Counted from the first letter of the stretch, positions 11,201-24,094 are shown. The stretch is DNA of 64,000 bases from Diplonema japonicum (GCA_964019335.1 OZ025698.1:62001-126000), one strand, 5' to 3'. Notes: a model not told the origin generated them from the letters alone. Numbers and translations: made by a program.

Positions 11201-13030
11201 ATGTGGATGGCACTAAAGGGGTGTGCAAGGAACTCAGAGGTGGGGTACCACAGGGGACGGTACTAGCCCCACTTCTATTTACTATATACAGCAGCGACCT
11301 GGCTGAGATGCTGGAGAAGAGGGGTATCGAGACGTGCACCTACGCAGACGACATCCTGATAGTGATAGACGGAAAGAAGGACAAGGAAGTGGAAGAGAAG
11401 GCACAAAGCGTCGTCAGAATGGTAGAAAAATGGGCAGAAAAGTGGACGATGAAGCTGACACGACACGGCAGCGAGATTCATCACGGGCCTCCCGAGGAAA
11501 ATATCGAAGAACATTGCCCTGGTGGAAGCTGGTTTGAAGGGTGTAGAAACGGAAGTCAAAACAGATTCGATGATGCTTTACGAGGAGTACATGAGGAAGC
11601 CGGACACAGTAGGATACGTAGCATCGCAGACTGGGGTGAACGACACGCTCACCTGGGCGGGGAAGATGAGACAAGAAGCTTCCTCTCAGGGACACCAGAA
11701 AGGCAGGGTACACCGGTTGGACCCAGTGATTTCAGAGAGAAGATGATGGTACCCCCCTGGGAGGACTTGAAGTTAGACCTAAGGCCGACACTGGTAGAGA
11801 AGAGCAGACGGACCGACGACAAACAGCGCAGGCTAGAAGTGGCAAGAAAGACAATGGAAAGGATCCCCAGAGACGTAGATTTCTACACCGATGGCTCGTC
11901 CCCAAACAACAGAAGAGGAGGCAGTGCTGCAGTGATGAAGACGAAGAAGAAGGACGTCGTGCTCAAAGGGACGGCGGGCGAGTACTGCAGTTCCTACAGA
12001 GCAGAGACAAGGGCCATGAACTTGGGACTCATAATGGGTGTGGAATTGATGAAGGCAAACGCCCACAGAAGGAAGGCCTTGAGAATGTTGTACCTCTCAG
12101 ACTCGCAGTCGCTCATCAGGTCCATGCAGAAGGGACCGCAAGAAGCGAAAGGTGAGGAAGAAATGAGGATATGGCACTGGATCAGACTTCTCAGCGAAGG
12201 GAACGTGGAAGTGATATTCCAGTACATCCCAGCGCATGTAGGAATAGAAGGAAACGAGGAGGCTGACAAGGCGGCGGCAGAGGCGGCGGAAGAACACACT
12301 GAGAAAGGGGACCACGTTCAGGTCACTGACTTCAGGACGGCAAAAGCTCACATAAGAAGGAGGATCCTTGTGGAGAAAAGGGAGATCTGGGAAGAGAGCG
12401 GTGCTGACAAGAAGTACAGAGAGGTAACAGGAGGAAGGTACCACACCCTCAAGCGACTGTCCTCCAGGAAAGGGGAAGTCCAGCTCATGCGTCTGAGAGC
12501 AGGGCAGTCAGAACTGACAAGGGGCTACCTGCTGGCCAGAGGGAGGCAGGGCAGGGAGGTACCGTGTAGTTTCTGCGGACAAGTGCAGGACATCTCGCAT
12601 CTACTGGCCGAGTGCGAGCAGACCGAAGCGGACAGGAGACGGATCCTAGGAGACCACTCGATCGAGAAGCTCCTCACCGACGAATCCCACCTAGTGGAAG
12701 CCTTCCTCTACGAGGTCGGATTGTTAAAGTGAGAATAGAAATGATTAATGAAATGATTTGAATGGGATAAAAAAAAAAAAAAAAAAAAAAAAGATAAGAA
12801 AAAGGAAGAAGGGGAATATAAAGAGTATTCAATTTTTTATGCACGACGGGACATAAAACAAAGGATGGAAATGAAAAAAAAAAAGAAAAAAAAAAAGAAG
12901 AAGCGAATAACATGCAAGGGAACAAGAATATGAAAAACAAAAGTGAACAAAGGTTGGGTTAACGAGAAAAAAAAAAAAAAGAAAAAAAAGAAGAAAAAAA
13001 AAAAAAAGACAAGAAAAAAAAAAAAAAAAA
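11201..13030 (+). mobile_element. Partial non-LTR element (3' part of RT, internal deletion, RNase H, CCHC; ORF ends 12732) with long A-rich tail
   Basis: GVPQGTVLAP, YADD; RT thumb region missing or scrambled near 11460-11740; FYTDGS, SSYRAE, SDSQS, YIPAHVGIEGNEEADKAA; CSFC...HLLAEC; A-rich 12769-13030. Confidence 0.85.
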
Positions 13031-13539
13031 GTGTCACACGTTTTTTGGACCAGGAAAATTAAAAAAAAAGTTCAAAAATTAATAAAAATACAAAGGGGAT
13101 GAAGAGTTGAATGGCCGTAGGGTGCTCAAAAACGACCATGTCAAAATGGGTTGTGCACGGGGGGGTGTAAATTGAGCATCTTGGGACAAAAAAGGCAGCA
13201 TCAGGACCCCTCAGATGTCTCAGACCGAGAGAAGTGCCTTTTTGCGGGTGGAATATCGGCCTCGAAATCGTCAAGAGGCCTTTTTGGGGTGACGGAAGAG
13301 TGGTACGAAAAAAGCACTTATTTGGACAGAGGTGTTGGTTTCAGGTGTAGCATTTGTAGATTGTGCGTTTTGTGCATCCTTTCAACCTGCAGACCCTAGA
13401 GGTGCCCCCTTTGAGTGGCTAGCGGTCACGTTTGGTGTAATCTGGGGTATCGGGGGTGTGTGCTCCACTAGTTGGGTGCCGGGAGTGATGTTTTTGCAAC
13501 GCTGGACCCATCAATCAGGCTCTCTCGAAAGCGCTCTTT

Positions 13540-14230
13540 AAAAGCAGCCAGGGTTGTGTATCTCTTTGGCATCCCTGAACCATATTTTATTTGAAGTGCA
13601 TGGCAGTTAACTATTGTCACTTCTAGGGCCCACCAGAAGAGTCCGCACGAAATGCAAGCCCCTCACAGTTTTTTCACAGGGCTTCGGCCAGACCCACAGT
13701 CGAAAAGTAGCTATCGCAAACTACCGTGTTGTCATTTCCCCGGAAAGGCTCCGTTAACCCCAGCACCGCCTTTTCCACAACACTGAAATTTTCAAGTGCG
13801 TGCCCCTCGATTTTGGTGGCGTGAAAACGCAAAAGATAACCCGTGCTCACGCAGTTTAGGCAGTAGATTTTTATGCCATATCTTTTACGCTTGAGAGGAC
13901 AGTAGACCCGCAGCCCCCCAATTGCCCCGTGAAGGTACGAGTGTCTCGTCAATGCTTAAATATTTTCCTGGCACTGCTGCTTTTGCCCACTTGTCACCAA
14001 TTCTGCCCAGAAACCCTCGTATCTTCACAACACGTCACCGTTTGACCCTTCTGTGTGAGTGAAGTGGAGGCTACTTTTGATTTCCTGGTAGCGTCTCCTG
14101 GGCTTCGTGTTACTGAAAAGGGGGATTTTCATGGTCCTGTGGACCAATACGACTGCTGATTCTGGGCACGCCGTAAACCCATCGCAATGCTCAATCCCAA
14201 CGATTCTAAAGCTACAGTTTCTGTACTTTA
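13540..14230 (-). pseudogene. piggyBac-like transposase relic, 3' part (stops and frameshifts)
   Basis: RRRYQEIKSSLHF and YCPLKRKRYGIKIYCLNCVSTGYLLRF...VVCDSYFSTVGLAEAL resemble conserved piggyBac (DDE_Tnp_1_7) segments. Confidence 0.75.
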
Positions 14231-14266
14231 TTGTGGGTGGACTGATAAACAAAAAACAAAGAAAAA

Positions 14267-15871
14267 ATGAATCAGACCAACGCGGACGCCTCCACGGGGC
14301 ACTCACCGGACAGCCAGCACAAGATGCTGGTGGACGAAGAAGCCGCATCCACCAAGATCAGAGTCAGGGGGGAGACAAATAAAAAGACGGAGGAGGGGGA
14401 GACGAATGAAAAGCAGCAGCGGCACTACCGTTGGGTCATGGGGCTCCTATGTGAGAAGCTGACGACTGCCGAAGCAACACAAATCCTGTCCCAGACAGGT
14501 ACAAAGACGAGCGGCCCGACACCGACGATCGTGAATGTGGGTCACTCATCCCTTCTCCTTATCAGCACAACCGAATCCTCTTTACCACCACTTCTCGAAA
14601 AAATAGAAGTGGACGGCAAAGCCGTCCAGGTACTCCCGGACATAAAGGTCTACGACCCATGGGAGATCGAAGCTCGGAAGAAGAAGAAGACGAAAAGTCT
14701 AAAGGGACTGTCGCGGTACACAGCCGCAGAATTTCTCCACCATTATGGTGTGCAGAAGGGTTGGAGCAAATACCAACTCGCCCTGAAGGACCGACAGGCG
14801 CACAGGGGAAAGGTGGAAGAGAGAAGAAGGAAGAAGGAGCAGGAAGTCCCGGACAGCGTACGACAAGAACTGGAACAAGTAAAGATCCAATGCATGCAGC
14901 TACAACAGCAACAACAACAGCAACACCAGCACATGCAGCACACCCCAGCACAAGCCGCAGACACAACTGCAGCCATCGAGCAGATGAAAGCCGAGCTGAC
15001 GAGACAACAGAAGGCGACGGATCTAACCGGAGTGCTGCAGGAAATTGCAACGTTGAAGGCACAGCAACAACAGCAAGCACATCGACAAGCCCAACAACAA
15101 AAGCAAACGCAGGACCATGACCAAAAGCTGCAGAACATGACAGGGTTACTGCAGGAGGTGGCACAGATTAAGACTGCCCAGACAGAACAAGGCGCAGTTT
15201 TAGAAAAACAACAACACCACCACCAACAACAACTTTTGGAATGGCAGCAGAGGCAGGAAAAACAGAAGGAGGCGTGGCAACAAGAACAAGAGCAAAGACA
15301 GGGCAAACAGCAACAGCTCTGGCAAGAACAACAAGAGGAATGGCAAGGAAGGCAACAGCAGCTCAGGCAAGAACAACAAGAGCAAGGATGGCAACAGCAA
15401 AACAGGAAAGAGCAGCAGGAGTGGCAGAGAGGGTTGGAGGAAAGGATGGTGTCGATACTAACGAAAATATCAGCAACAGAACCGGCACCAGCACATACCA
15501 AAAGTCCAAACAACAACCAGCCTCAGCAGACAGTCTCAACAGACCCAACAGCCACTCAAATTGACAAGACCCAACAGCTGCAACAGCAACAGCGACCGCC
15601 CCAAGAGCCGACACAAACAAGAAGGGAACCCGAAGAGGTACCAGGGAAGACAACCCAAAAGTTCGTACGATCACGGTCAAGCGAAAGGCCGCCACAGATG
15701 AAGAACCCCAAAGAGGGGGTAAATCATGACAAACAGGCAGAGGGGAGGAAGGAACTGGGGAAGAAGGTGGCCGGGAACAGGAGAGCACAGGCACAGAATG
15801 AGAGAAGGTCTCAAACACCAGAGACTGTCCAGGTGCACGTGCTCGAAGAGACCCCAACAAGGGGAATATGA
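14267..15871 (+). CDS. Family D ORF1, Gln-rich coiled-coil protein; its UGA is in frame with ORF2
   Basis: 534-aa ORF upstream of the APE-RT ORF; N-terminus homologous to the 24155-25471 ORF (MNQTNADAST vs MDQTNADAST). Confidence 0.75.
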   Translation: MNQTNADASTGHSPDSQHKMLVDEEAASTKIRVRGETNKKTEEGETNEKQQRHYRWVMGLLCEKLTTAEATQILSQTGTKTSGPTPTIVNVGHSSLLLISTTESSLPPLLEKIEVDGKAVQVLPDIKVYDPWEIEARKKKKTKSLKGLSRYTAAEFLHHYGVQKGWSKYQLALKDRQAHRGKVEERRRKKEQEVPDSVRQELEQVKIQCMQLQQQQQQQHQHMQHTPAQAADTTAAIEQMKAELTRQQKATDLTGVLQEIATLKAQQQQQAHRQAQQQKQTQDHDQKLQNMTGLLQEVAQIKTAQTEQGAVLEKQQHHHQQQLLEWQQRQEKQKEAWQQEQEQRQGKQQQLWQEQQEEWQGRQQQLRQEQQEQGWQQQNRKEQQEWQRGLEERMVSILTKISATEPAPAHTKSPNNNQPQQTVSTDPTATQIDKTQQLQQQQRPPQEPTQTRREPEEVPGKTTQKFVRSRSSERPPQMKNPKEGVNHDKQAEGRKELGKKVAGNRRAQAQNERRSQTPETVQVHVLEETPTRGI

Positions 15872-18800
15872 AACGCGGGCCATCCCCCATCAACCCCAAC
15901 AGAACACTCCACAAACCAGTCCACCCCCCAACGAAAAACCACTTGTCATGCAGCGTCAAGCGCGGACAATAAGAATGAAGCATCAAGTCAAAGAACATCA
16001 ACAACGTCAAAAACAACAGTCTCACAACCAAAACCATCACACACAAAAACATCGACAACAACATCATCAATCCCCCGCCTAGCAGCACCAAGCGCAGACG
16101 AGGAGGGAACAGGGCAAAGCCCCCCACAAACAACAACACGACCGACACTCACACAAGAGCAACAGCTCCAAAGAACACCCACACCGCACACTCCACCAGA
16201 AAGATGGAACCCGCCTACGCCATCATCGTATCGCAGACATGCAGAAGTGGCAGCCTTGATAACAGGGTACGGTGAAGAGGAAAGCGAAGAGGAGGAGTAC
16301 GCAGTAGTGTTCGAGGAGTCGGAAAAAGAGAGGAAGAAAAGAGAACGAGCAGAGAAGGTAGCGCTGGTTGCACTGGGAAACAAAAAGGCGCAGGAGCAGC
16401 CGATAACGATTGTCGAAGAGGACGCACAGACACTGAAGGTGGTGACATTCAACTGCAACAGAGGCTGGGGGTCAAGCAGGGAAAGCATCAAACAAGGCCT
16501 GAAGAAACACCAGATCGATGTATTATGCCTGCAAGAGGTGAACATGAAGAGGACAATTGAAATAGGAGGCTACAACACCTTCCAACAACCCCGCACAGTT
16601 CCAAGACAAAAAGGAAAGGCTGCGGAAGGAGGCGGAGTAGCCATTTTGGTGCGGAAGGGAATACCGACAAGGCAAGGAGAGACATACAGCGGAAAGGTCA
16701 CTGAAAAGATCTCCGTGCATGTCAGTCAGAAAGCAGGGCCCGAAATCCATATAGTGAACATTTACCGCCCCCCGATAGGCGGTGGTGATGATACGCGAAA
16801 GGAAGACTTCGTGGTGGGAGACCTGCAAGAAGGAGAGAACGTTCTGACAATGGGAGACATCAACCTACACCACGAGGCGTGGAGCGCGTTCGCAGCGCAG
16901 AGCGAGGGCGGCAGGAAGGTGATGACATGGGTCGCGGAAACGGAAAGGATAATTTGGAACGACCCACGCAAACCAACCTGGCAAAGAAATATACAACGCT
17001 CCAGCCCAGACATCGTGATCGGGCAGCCAAGGTGGCCGAGAAAATGGAAGCTGCTGGAAGGCTGGGTATCGGATCACCGACCAGTCATGACAGAAGTCCC
17101 ATACGAGAAAACCACAGAGCAAAAAGCAGCACGAAAGGTACTACAATGGCAGTGGCGAAAAGCAGACTGGACAAAGTACACATTAGACCTTGAACACAGA
17201 GCTCCCAAGGTGGAAAGGTGCAAAGACCCCAAAGAAGCGATAGCACGACTCACCGGACACATAAGAAGAGCATCCCGAGAAAACATCCCCCGCATCCCAC
17301 AGAGACCAAGAGAAGAAAGAGAGCTGTGGTGGACCGAAGAGATACGAAAACTGCGAGACGAGGAAAACACCCTGAAACAAAAGCTCGGAGAACATGGAGG
17401 GAGCGAAGAAGAAGGGGAAGAACTGCAGAGACTGGGGTGCAAGCTACGGGAACTGATGAAGAGTGAAAGGGAAACGGCTTGGTTGGAGGTGACAAAGAAG
17501 CTGGGGAACGTGGGAGGAATAGGGCCGGTGTTCCGAATGGTTAGGGCAATGGACGGAAGAGCATCCAAGACCAACACCGACGTACCCTTAGTCGTGAAGA
17601 ATGACGTTATCCACAAAAAAGCAAAGAAGGCTGAGATCCTAGGGGAGTACTTTGCATCCATAAGCAAGTCAACCCAAGGACACGGCTACAACCCCGACCA
17701 CAAACAAAGTGATCACGACGCCTCCGAAGTACCTTTCAACATTGAAGAACTGAACAACGCTCTCGGTGAAATAAAAACGCACAAGAGCCCCGGCAAATAT
17801 GGTTTGCACAATGAGATGCTGAAGCAACTGGGTCCGAAAGCGAAAAAAACACTCCTACATGTAATCAACCTATCATGGCAAGGAGGCTGTGTCCCACAAA
17901 GCTGGCGAGATGCACTCACAAAGCCCTTTCCCAAACCGATGAAGGACCTCACGGACCCCAGCAGCTATCGTCCCATCGACCTCACCAGCAACCTGTGCAA
18001 GCTCGCTGAGAGGATGATAAAGGCAAGACTCAACTACTTACTGGAAGATCCGACATCGAACGTGCACAAGCTCTGCAACACACAAGCCGGATTTCAAGCA
18101 GGCCGAACAACAATAGAACAGATTGCAGCACTCACACAGAGGCTTAAGGACGGTCAAAAAAAGAAGAAAGTCTCCTACACCATATTCCTCGACTTCGAGA
18201 AAGCATTCGACACGGTGCAAAAAGCAAAGCTAATGGAGAAGCTGACGGCCATGAAGCTCCCACCGCTGTACTTGAACTGGATAGGCGCCTTCCTACAGAA
18301 TAGACAGGCAGCAGTAAATCTGGAAGGAGAGACAAGCGACAACCGTGAGAAGGAAGAAGGCGTACCGCAGGGAACGGTGCTCTCACCGCTGCTGTTCCTG
18401 TTCTACGTGGACAACATAGCGAAAGCCCTTGAGGAGGAAGGACAAAGGGTCTTCGCATCGCTGTACGCGGACGACATGACAGCTGTGATCACCGCAGACA
18501 ACCACGCAGAAGCACAGAAAAAGGCGCAAAAGGTACTGGACACCATAGACACGTGGGCCAAAGAGTGGGGTCTGAAGCTGTCCCGCAAAAAGACGTGCTT
18601 CATGAAGACGGGCGGAAAGGAGAAGGGCGCACTGTACTTCATGGATGGCACGCAAAAAACGGAAGTGAAATATGAGAAGAATCCCATGTTCCTGGGGGTG
18701 AGGTTCGACGAAGAAGTGAACTTCAAGGCGCACGTTGAATATGTGATCACCCGACTTGAGGAAAGAATCAAGGTGATGCGAGCGCTGGCAGGCACGGAGT

Positions 18801-20165
18801 GGGGGAGTATGGCGTCCACCCTCAGGGCGCTGTATCTGACGTACGCACTGCCAGTAGTGACATATGCGCTTGGGGTGTACGGACCAACGCTGATAAAGGG
18901 AGAGATCAAGAACCTGCAATTGGTGCACAACGAAGCGGCCAGATGTATCACCGGATGCAAGCGTACAACCCCCGTCGAAGTACTGCTGAGGGTAGCCCGG
19001 CTCTGGCCAATCGAAGACATGATAGGATATGAGACATCCACATGGTACGAACGGTTCCAGAGGATGGAAGGCACCAGCGGGCACCAGGCAGCTCAAGGAG
19101 AAGGAAAGGAAGAGCGATCATGGCTACACGAGGCTCGAAAACGAGAAAAAAGCCTGAAGATGGAGCAACACCCGCGAGCGCCGCTGCACAGAAAGGCAGC
19201 CATCCCACCGTGGGAGTGGAACACGCTGGAGAGGCTGGTCATCGTGACAGAAGGCGAAGGGGTAAAGAGGCTAGAAGTAGCGAAACAAAAAACAGCAGCC
19301 CTTGAGGTAGTCGCAAAGCTACCGAAAGCCGACATCACTGTCTACACCGATGGGTCAGTCGAGGAAGGCAAGGGCGGTGCGGGTGTTGTGATAGAAAGAA
19401 CAGAGGGAGCGACGGCCGAGATAAGCGCAGGCGTCGGCGACCTATGCGACATGTGCGTAATCAACACAGCGCTTGCGAGGCTCGTGAAGGAGGACACGCA
19501 AGGGATGCAGATCAACCTGCTGACAGACTCTATGGCGTGTCTGCTGAAATTAAGACAAGGACCCGCAAGGCAACAAGAAGACATGGTGGTCGAGGCATGG
19601 CACAACATACACGCACTGACAACGAGAGGAAACCACCTCACATGCTGCTTTATCCCAGGCCACTGCGGGATAGAAGGAAACGAGAAGGCAGACCAACTCG
19701 CCAGCAACGGCAGAGACAAAGAAACAACACAGAAGATAAGCATGGGTGCGGCAAAGAACCACCTAAGAAAAGCTGGGAAGCGGGGAATATTAGCAGGATT
19801 GAACAAGGAAAAGACATAATAAGTGGGCAGGAAACACAGAAGCACCAAAGAAGATGGAAGGGCTGAACAGGAAAGAGGAAGTGCTGATCAACCAGCTAAA
19901 GACCGGGCACCATGACCTGCTAAAGGTGGGTTACGCCGAGCAGCGAATTTGCGTGAAGTGCGGCCCCAACACGAAGCGAACCCTCCAACATCTCTTCCTA
20001 GACTGTCCGTCATCCAAAGCAAGCAGGGACAAACACTTCGACACCCTGACGCTGAGACACATCCTTGTGGAGAACCCACGAAAAGCAATCCAATACCTCG
20101 AAGACACCGGGGACCTGCCCCCCTCCGCAACAACTCCACAACAACCAACTAACCTGCCGAAGTAG
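15872..20165 (+). pseudogene. Family D ORF2 (APE-RT-RNase H-CCHC), frameshifted near 19810 and missing the RNase H SxRAE motif
   Basis: Frame is open from 15872. VVTFNCN, CLQEV, MGDIN, SDHRP, YRPIDL, LDFEKAFD, GVPQG, YADD, VYTDGS, FIPGHCGIEGNEKAD. The C-terminus (LKTGH, CVKC...HLFLDC) continues in another frame (19854-20165). Confidence 0.8.
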
Positions 20166-20358
20166 CAAGCCAATCAGAAGGCGGCTGAGGCACTAAAGAT
20201 TCATTCAGAATCCCGAGATCCCATCCCTGATCCCCAATCCTGTTTCTCGCAGAAGCAGAGAGCACAACCCCCCACCACAGCAGCCGACGAGACAGACGCA
20301 GCAGTGAAAATAAAAAAGCCCCCCTGAACAAGTTTTACCCCACCCCTATAACGTGATA

Positions 20359-20397
<39 letters not shown>

Positions 20398-20448
20398 ACT
20401 GAGGTCCGGCACCCACAGTAGCCAAAAAAAAAAAAAAAAAAAAAAAAA

Positions 20449-21120
20449 GTGTAAAGTGCCAAACAACCAGCAAAGCTTGTGGAATGAGAACACCAGTACG
20501 GTCATGAGTACTCGGGCAACCGGGTGAGCGTCTCGAGACACTTCCAACCCACCTAGTGGGTACGGCCTTAGCAAGTCGAAAAGGAAGTGGAATTTAAAAA
20601 AAAAAAAAGAATCCGAGTAAGCGGTGGAGTCTTGGGTCGAAGTTTTATCAATCTCAGCGTCCTTTTGCTTGTTTGTCTCTTCTTGGATGACGTCTGTGAG
20701 CTTCCTATAAAAGAACCGAAGGAATAACCATTTTGCGTCGTCAGGTTTCTGCGTACCACGGGACAGCTTTTTTTCTCCCCACTGGCCTATTTTATGGTCT
20801 CTATGGGTACCAACTCCCTTACCCATGAAGGTTGGACCTCGTCCGTAGCTGTTTTGGCTTTACCTTTGCGTTTTTTGGGAACAATTTGGACACAGTATGC
20901 ACACCCGTTATTTTGCGTTTTTAGCCTATCTACTCGGATTTGGGACCCACTTGGTGGGTGGATAACAAGGTTAAGTGACGCAGCGCAGCATGAAATGCAG
21001 TTGAAAATAACTCCTCATTATAGTCGTTCTTGGAGATCCAGGGGTCGAGTGGCCGAAAAAGTACTTAGAGAAAAAAACGATTTTTCAAAACGACAAATAT
21101 TTGCGCCTTGGAGTGTTATG

Positions 21121-21126
<6 letters not shown>
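20449..21126 (-). mobile_element. piggyBac-like element 5' end with TTAA|CCC terminus and transposase N-terminal relic
   Basis: Plus strand reads ...gtgttatGGG-TTAA (TTAA at 21123-21126). Minus-strand FLRFFYRKLTDVIQEETNK resembles the piggyBac 'LFF..E....I...TN' segment. Confidence 0.65.
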
Positions 21127-21158
<32 letters not shown>

Positions 21159-21823
21159 AAAAAGAAAAAAAAGGAATAAATAGTGCTTCGAACAATCCTC
21201 CCTTCACTCCCCTCCCCTAGTGTATTTTCGTTCCCTGCCAAAAAACCCCTCCCTCCTTTTAAGGCGGTACAGTGTATTGAAAAGAGAAAAAAGAATAAAA
21301 ATAAAAAAGAAAAAGAAAAAAAAAAAAAAAAAAAAAAAAAAAACTATATAAATAAACAACAGAAAGAAAGAAAAACTATTCAGGCCCCAACGACAAACAA
21401 AAACCGGCATGGGGACGGCTCGGGGCCGGTCGAAGGCAAGAGTCGCCCCGAAATCCTTAAGACGATCCTTCCTATTGAGGGGGATGCGCTACCAGGGGAA
21501 AGGAAAAAAGGTGGCCATGGGCAGGACAGTCGAAGGAATATACTAGGGGGCCAAGAGGCAGACTGACTGCGCCATAGGCGATACAAAAGGAGTAGATTTT
21601 GACCAAGAATGAATGGAACAATGGAATATCTGAAAGGAAGTATACACACACTCCCCTTACTGAATACCGTCTTGCTTCACCCTGTGATTTGCCAGGCACA
21701 ATTATGTCACCCTGTGCAACACAGACTTTTGATGTTTCAAACCTCTTTATCTTCTCTCCACCTTTTGTCTCCCCCACTGGCAGTGTAACAAATATTATTA
21801 TTATTATTAAAAAAAAACAGGTG

Positions 21824-24094
21824 TGCTTCAAGAAGCGGACGTGGAGGAGTACAGGGCGAAGGTGTCTTGACTTCTTGTCGCTGGACATCATCATGATACA
21901 GGAGACGCACCTGAGGGAAGGGCACGACACGCCACACCTGCCTGGGTACAGGTCATACAGGAGGGATCGGTTGACACCGGTGACTGACGGCACTGCGACG
22001 AGGGGTGGTGGTATTGTCACGTATGTCCGCGACGATCTTGCCTCGGAGGAGGTTCCGCACGTACTCCCGGCTGGGGACTGTGTCACTGAGAGACTGGATG
22101 TGAGGATCTCCTGCGAGAAGCGTGAGCCGATCACTCTCTCCAACGTTTACCTTACACCGGTAAGCGCGAGCAGAGGCACGAGGGACCCTGAGTACCTGCG
22201 GCCTGGCAGCCTTCCCATGGGGAAGAACACAGTCATAGCGGGTGACTTCAATGCTCACCACAGCTCCTGGGACGCCACGGTGACGACGCCGAACGAGAGG
22301 GGGAACGTGGTCAGGGACTGGCTGGACACCCACGGGTACTCCGTCTACAACGACCGCAACGAACCGACGAGGGACTCGTCACGACACGTTCTGGACCGGT
22401 TCACAGGGAGACGGTCAAGCTGAAGCAAGCGAACAGGCTGGGGTGTGGGTGGCTGCGCTCTGGCTACCAAGCACTGCGTCGATGCGGGTTGGAACCAAAG
22501 GTGCACTTCGAGTACCTGTCGGCTACGCCCCTGGCGGCCCCGTGGCAGACAGGCATGGTCGACTTCAGGACTGACCTCCCCGGCGGGGTCACGCGATCGT
22601 CGCCAGACGCGGACAGGCGGAAGGCGGCCGAGGCTGCTCTTGCGGCTCTCCCCCCGGGCATCCATGCCTACACGGATGGCTCGGTTGTACAGGTCGGACA
22701 GAAGGCGAAAGGTGGCTCTGGGGTTTATCTGCAGCTGCCTCCCCCCCTGACCCCTGTGTCTGTGTGCCATGGCGTCAACGACTTCTGTTCATCTTTTCGG
22801 GCAGAGGGCATGGCTGTGAAAACGGCGCTGGATATGGTGGCTACCCTCCGAAAAACACACCCTTCGCTGGCGAAGTCCCCGCTGTCGATCTGCACCGACT
22901 CCCTCTCCCTCGTCGAGCAGCTGCGAGCTGGCCCAACGCGACAGAGGGAGAAGCTCGACCACCAGACGTGGAGCCGGCTGGTGACCGCGGCGCGCACGCA
23001 GGGGACACCGGTGGTCCTCCAGTTTGTGCCCTCCCACTGTGGGGTGGACGGGAACGAGAAGGCTGACGCTCTGGCCGTGGAGGGAACGAAGCGGAAGCAG
23101 GACAGGCCCTCCCTTGACTACCGATCAGTGAGGGCCCTGGTGCGACGGTGGGTGGTGCGGAGGTCCGCGGAGCTCATAACATCCCTCGCCCACAACTACG
23201 CGGTGGCGACCGAGCTTCGGTCCGCGCACTTCCCCCTTGGCTTCCCCAGACAAGCTGAAACGGTCATCTCGCGGCTGCGGATTGGTCACTCGGCTCTCTT
23301 CTTCGGCTTCCTGCAGACTGCTGGCCCGAACAGGAAGCACAAGGGTGTGCTCCGGTGCCCAGCCTGCCACGCAGCACCGATGTCCAGGGAGCATGTTGTC
23401 GGTGGGTGCCCTGTGATCGGGAGGGGGGCGATCGACACTCCTGCTGGTACTCCCTCCCTAGCCTTCTCCCTGTCGAGACGCGTGACCCAGATCTACGACC
23501 TCGTTGTTGAGTCTGGCCTGCTCGCCTGGTCACGCTCCGGACTGTTCACCTCGCCATCATCCCTGGCGTCTACAGACGTCACTGCACCTTCAAACGTACC
23601 GCCCCCTCCTCCGGTCTCTCTTGACGCCGGTCCCGCGGCCCCCGTGCTGCGCTAAGGGATCGCCCCGCGTGTGTGTAAAGTGAAATGTTGTGTTTTCCAC
23701 TTTCCTTTCCCTTCCTTTCCCTTCCTTCCCCTTCCTCTCACTGTTTCCCATTTCCCCTTTTTTTAATGATTCGCTCAATAGGAGCAATACCTCCCTGGGG
23801 GGCTTTCCGCCGGAGGTTCCAGCCAAAGAAGGACATCCAGCTGGAAGGTAGGCCCCCGTTTTTCTCTCACTTGACTGAGGGAATAATGTAATTCAGCCCT
23901 CTTCGGCTGTCCCAAAGCAGAGCACGGGTTGGTGGGGGACCAGGGCTCCTCCTGCTTGCAGAAGCCTGGTCCTTTGCCCTCCCTATTTCCCCATGGTTTC
24001 CCTTCACCTTTTTTTTTCCCCTTTTCTCAGGTGTTGCTCTCCATGGCGGCCCTGCATTGGTATTTTGAAAAAAAAAAAAAGAAAAAGAAAAAAA
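21824..24094 (+). mobile_element. Rearranged, internally deleted family A copy (no ORF1, no RT core) with intact RNase H, 3' UTR and poly(A)
   Basis: Three non-colinear segments matching about 34963-35007, 34076-34604 and 36812-38482 of copy A1. Confidence 0.9.

Larger units (their letters stand above)
14247..20393 (+). mobile_element. Non-LTR retrotransposon 'family D' (ORF1 + APE-RT-RNase H-CCHC), inserted into the piggyBac relic; poly(A) 20361-20393
   Basis: Two long ORFs, 3' UTR and A-tail, flanked on both sides by piggyBac transposase fragments. Confidence 0.85.

Noticed and set aside
19805-19860. Programmed frameshift near the end of family D ORF2
   Set aside because: No clear slippery heptamer, and the same copy has a deletion in the RNase H active-site region, so decay or sequencing error is more likely.
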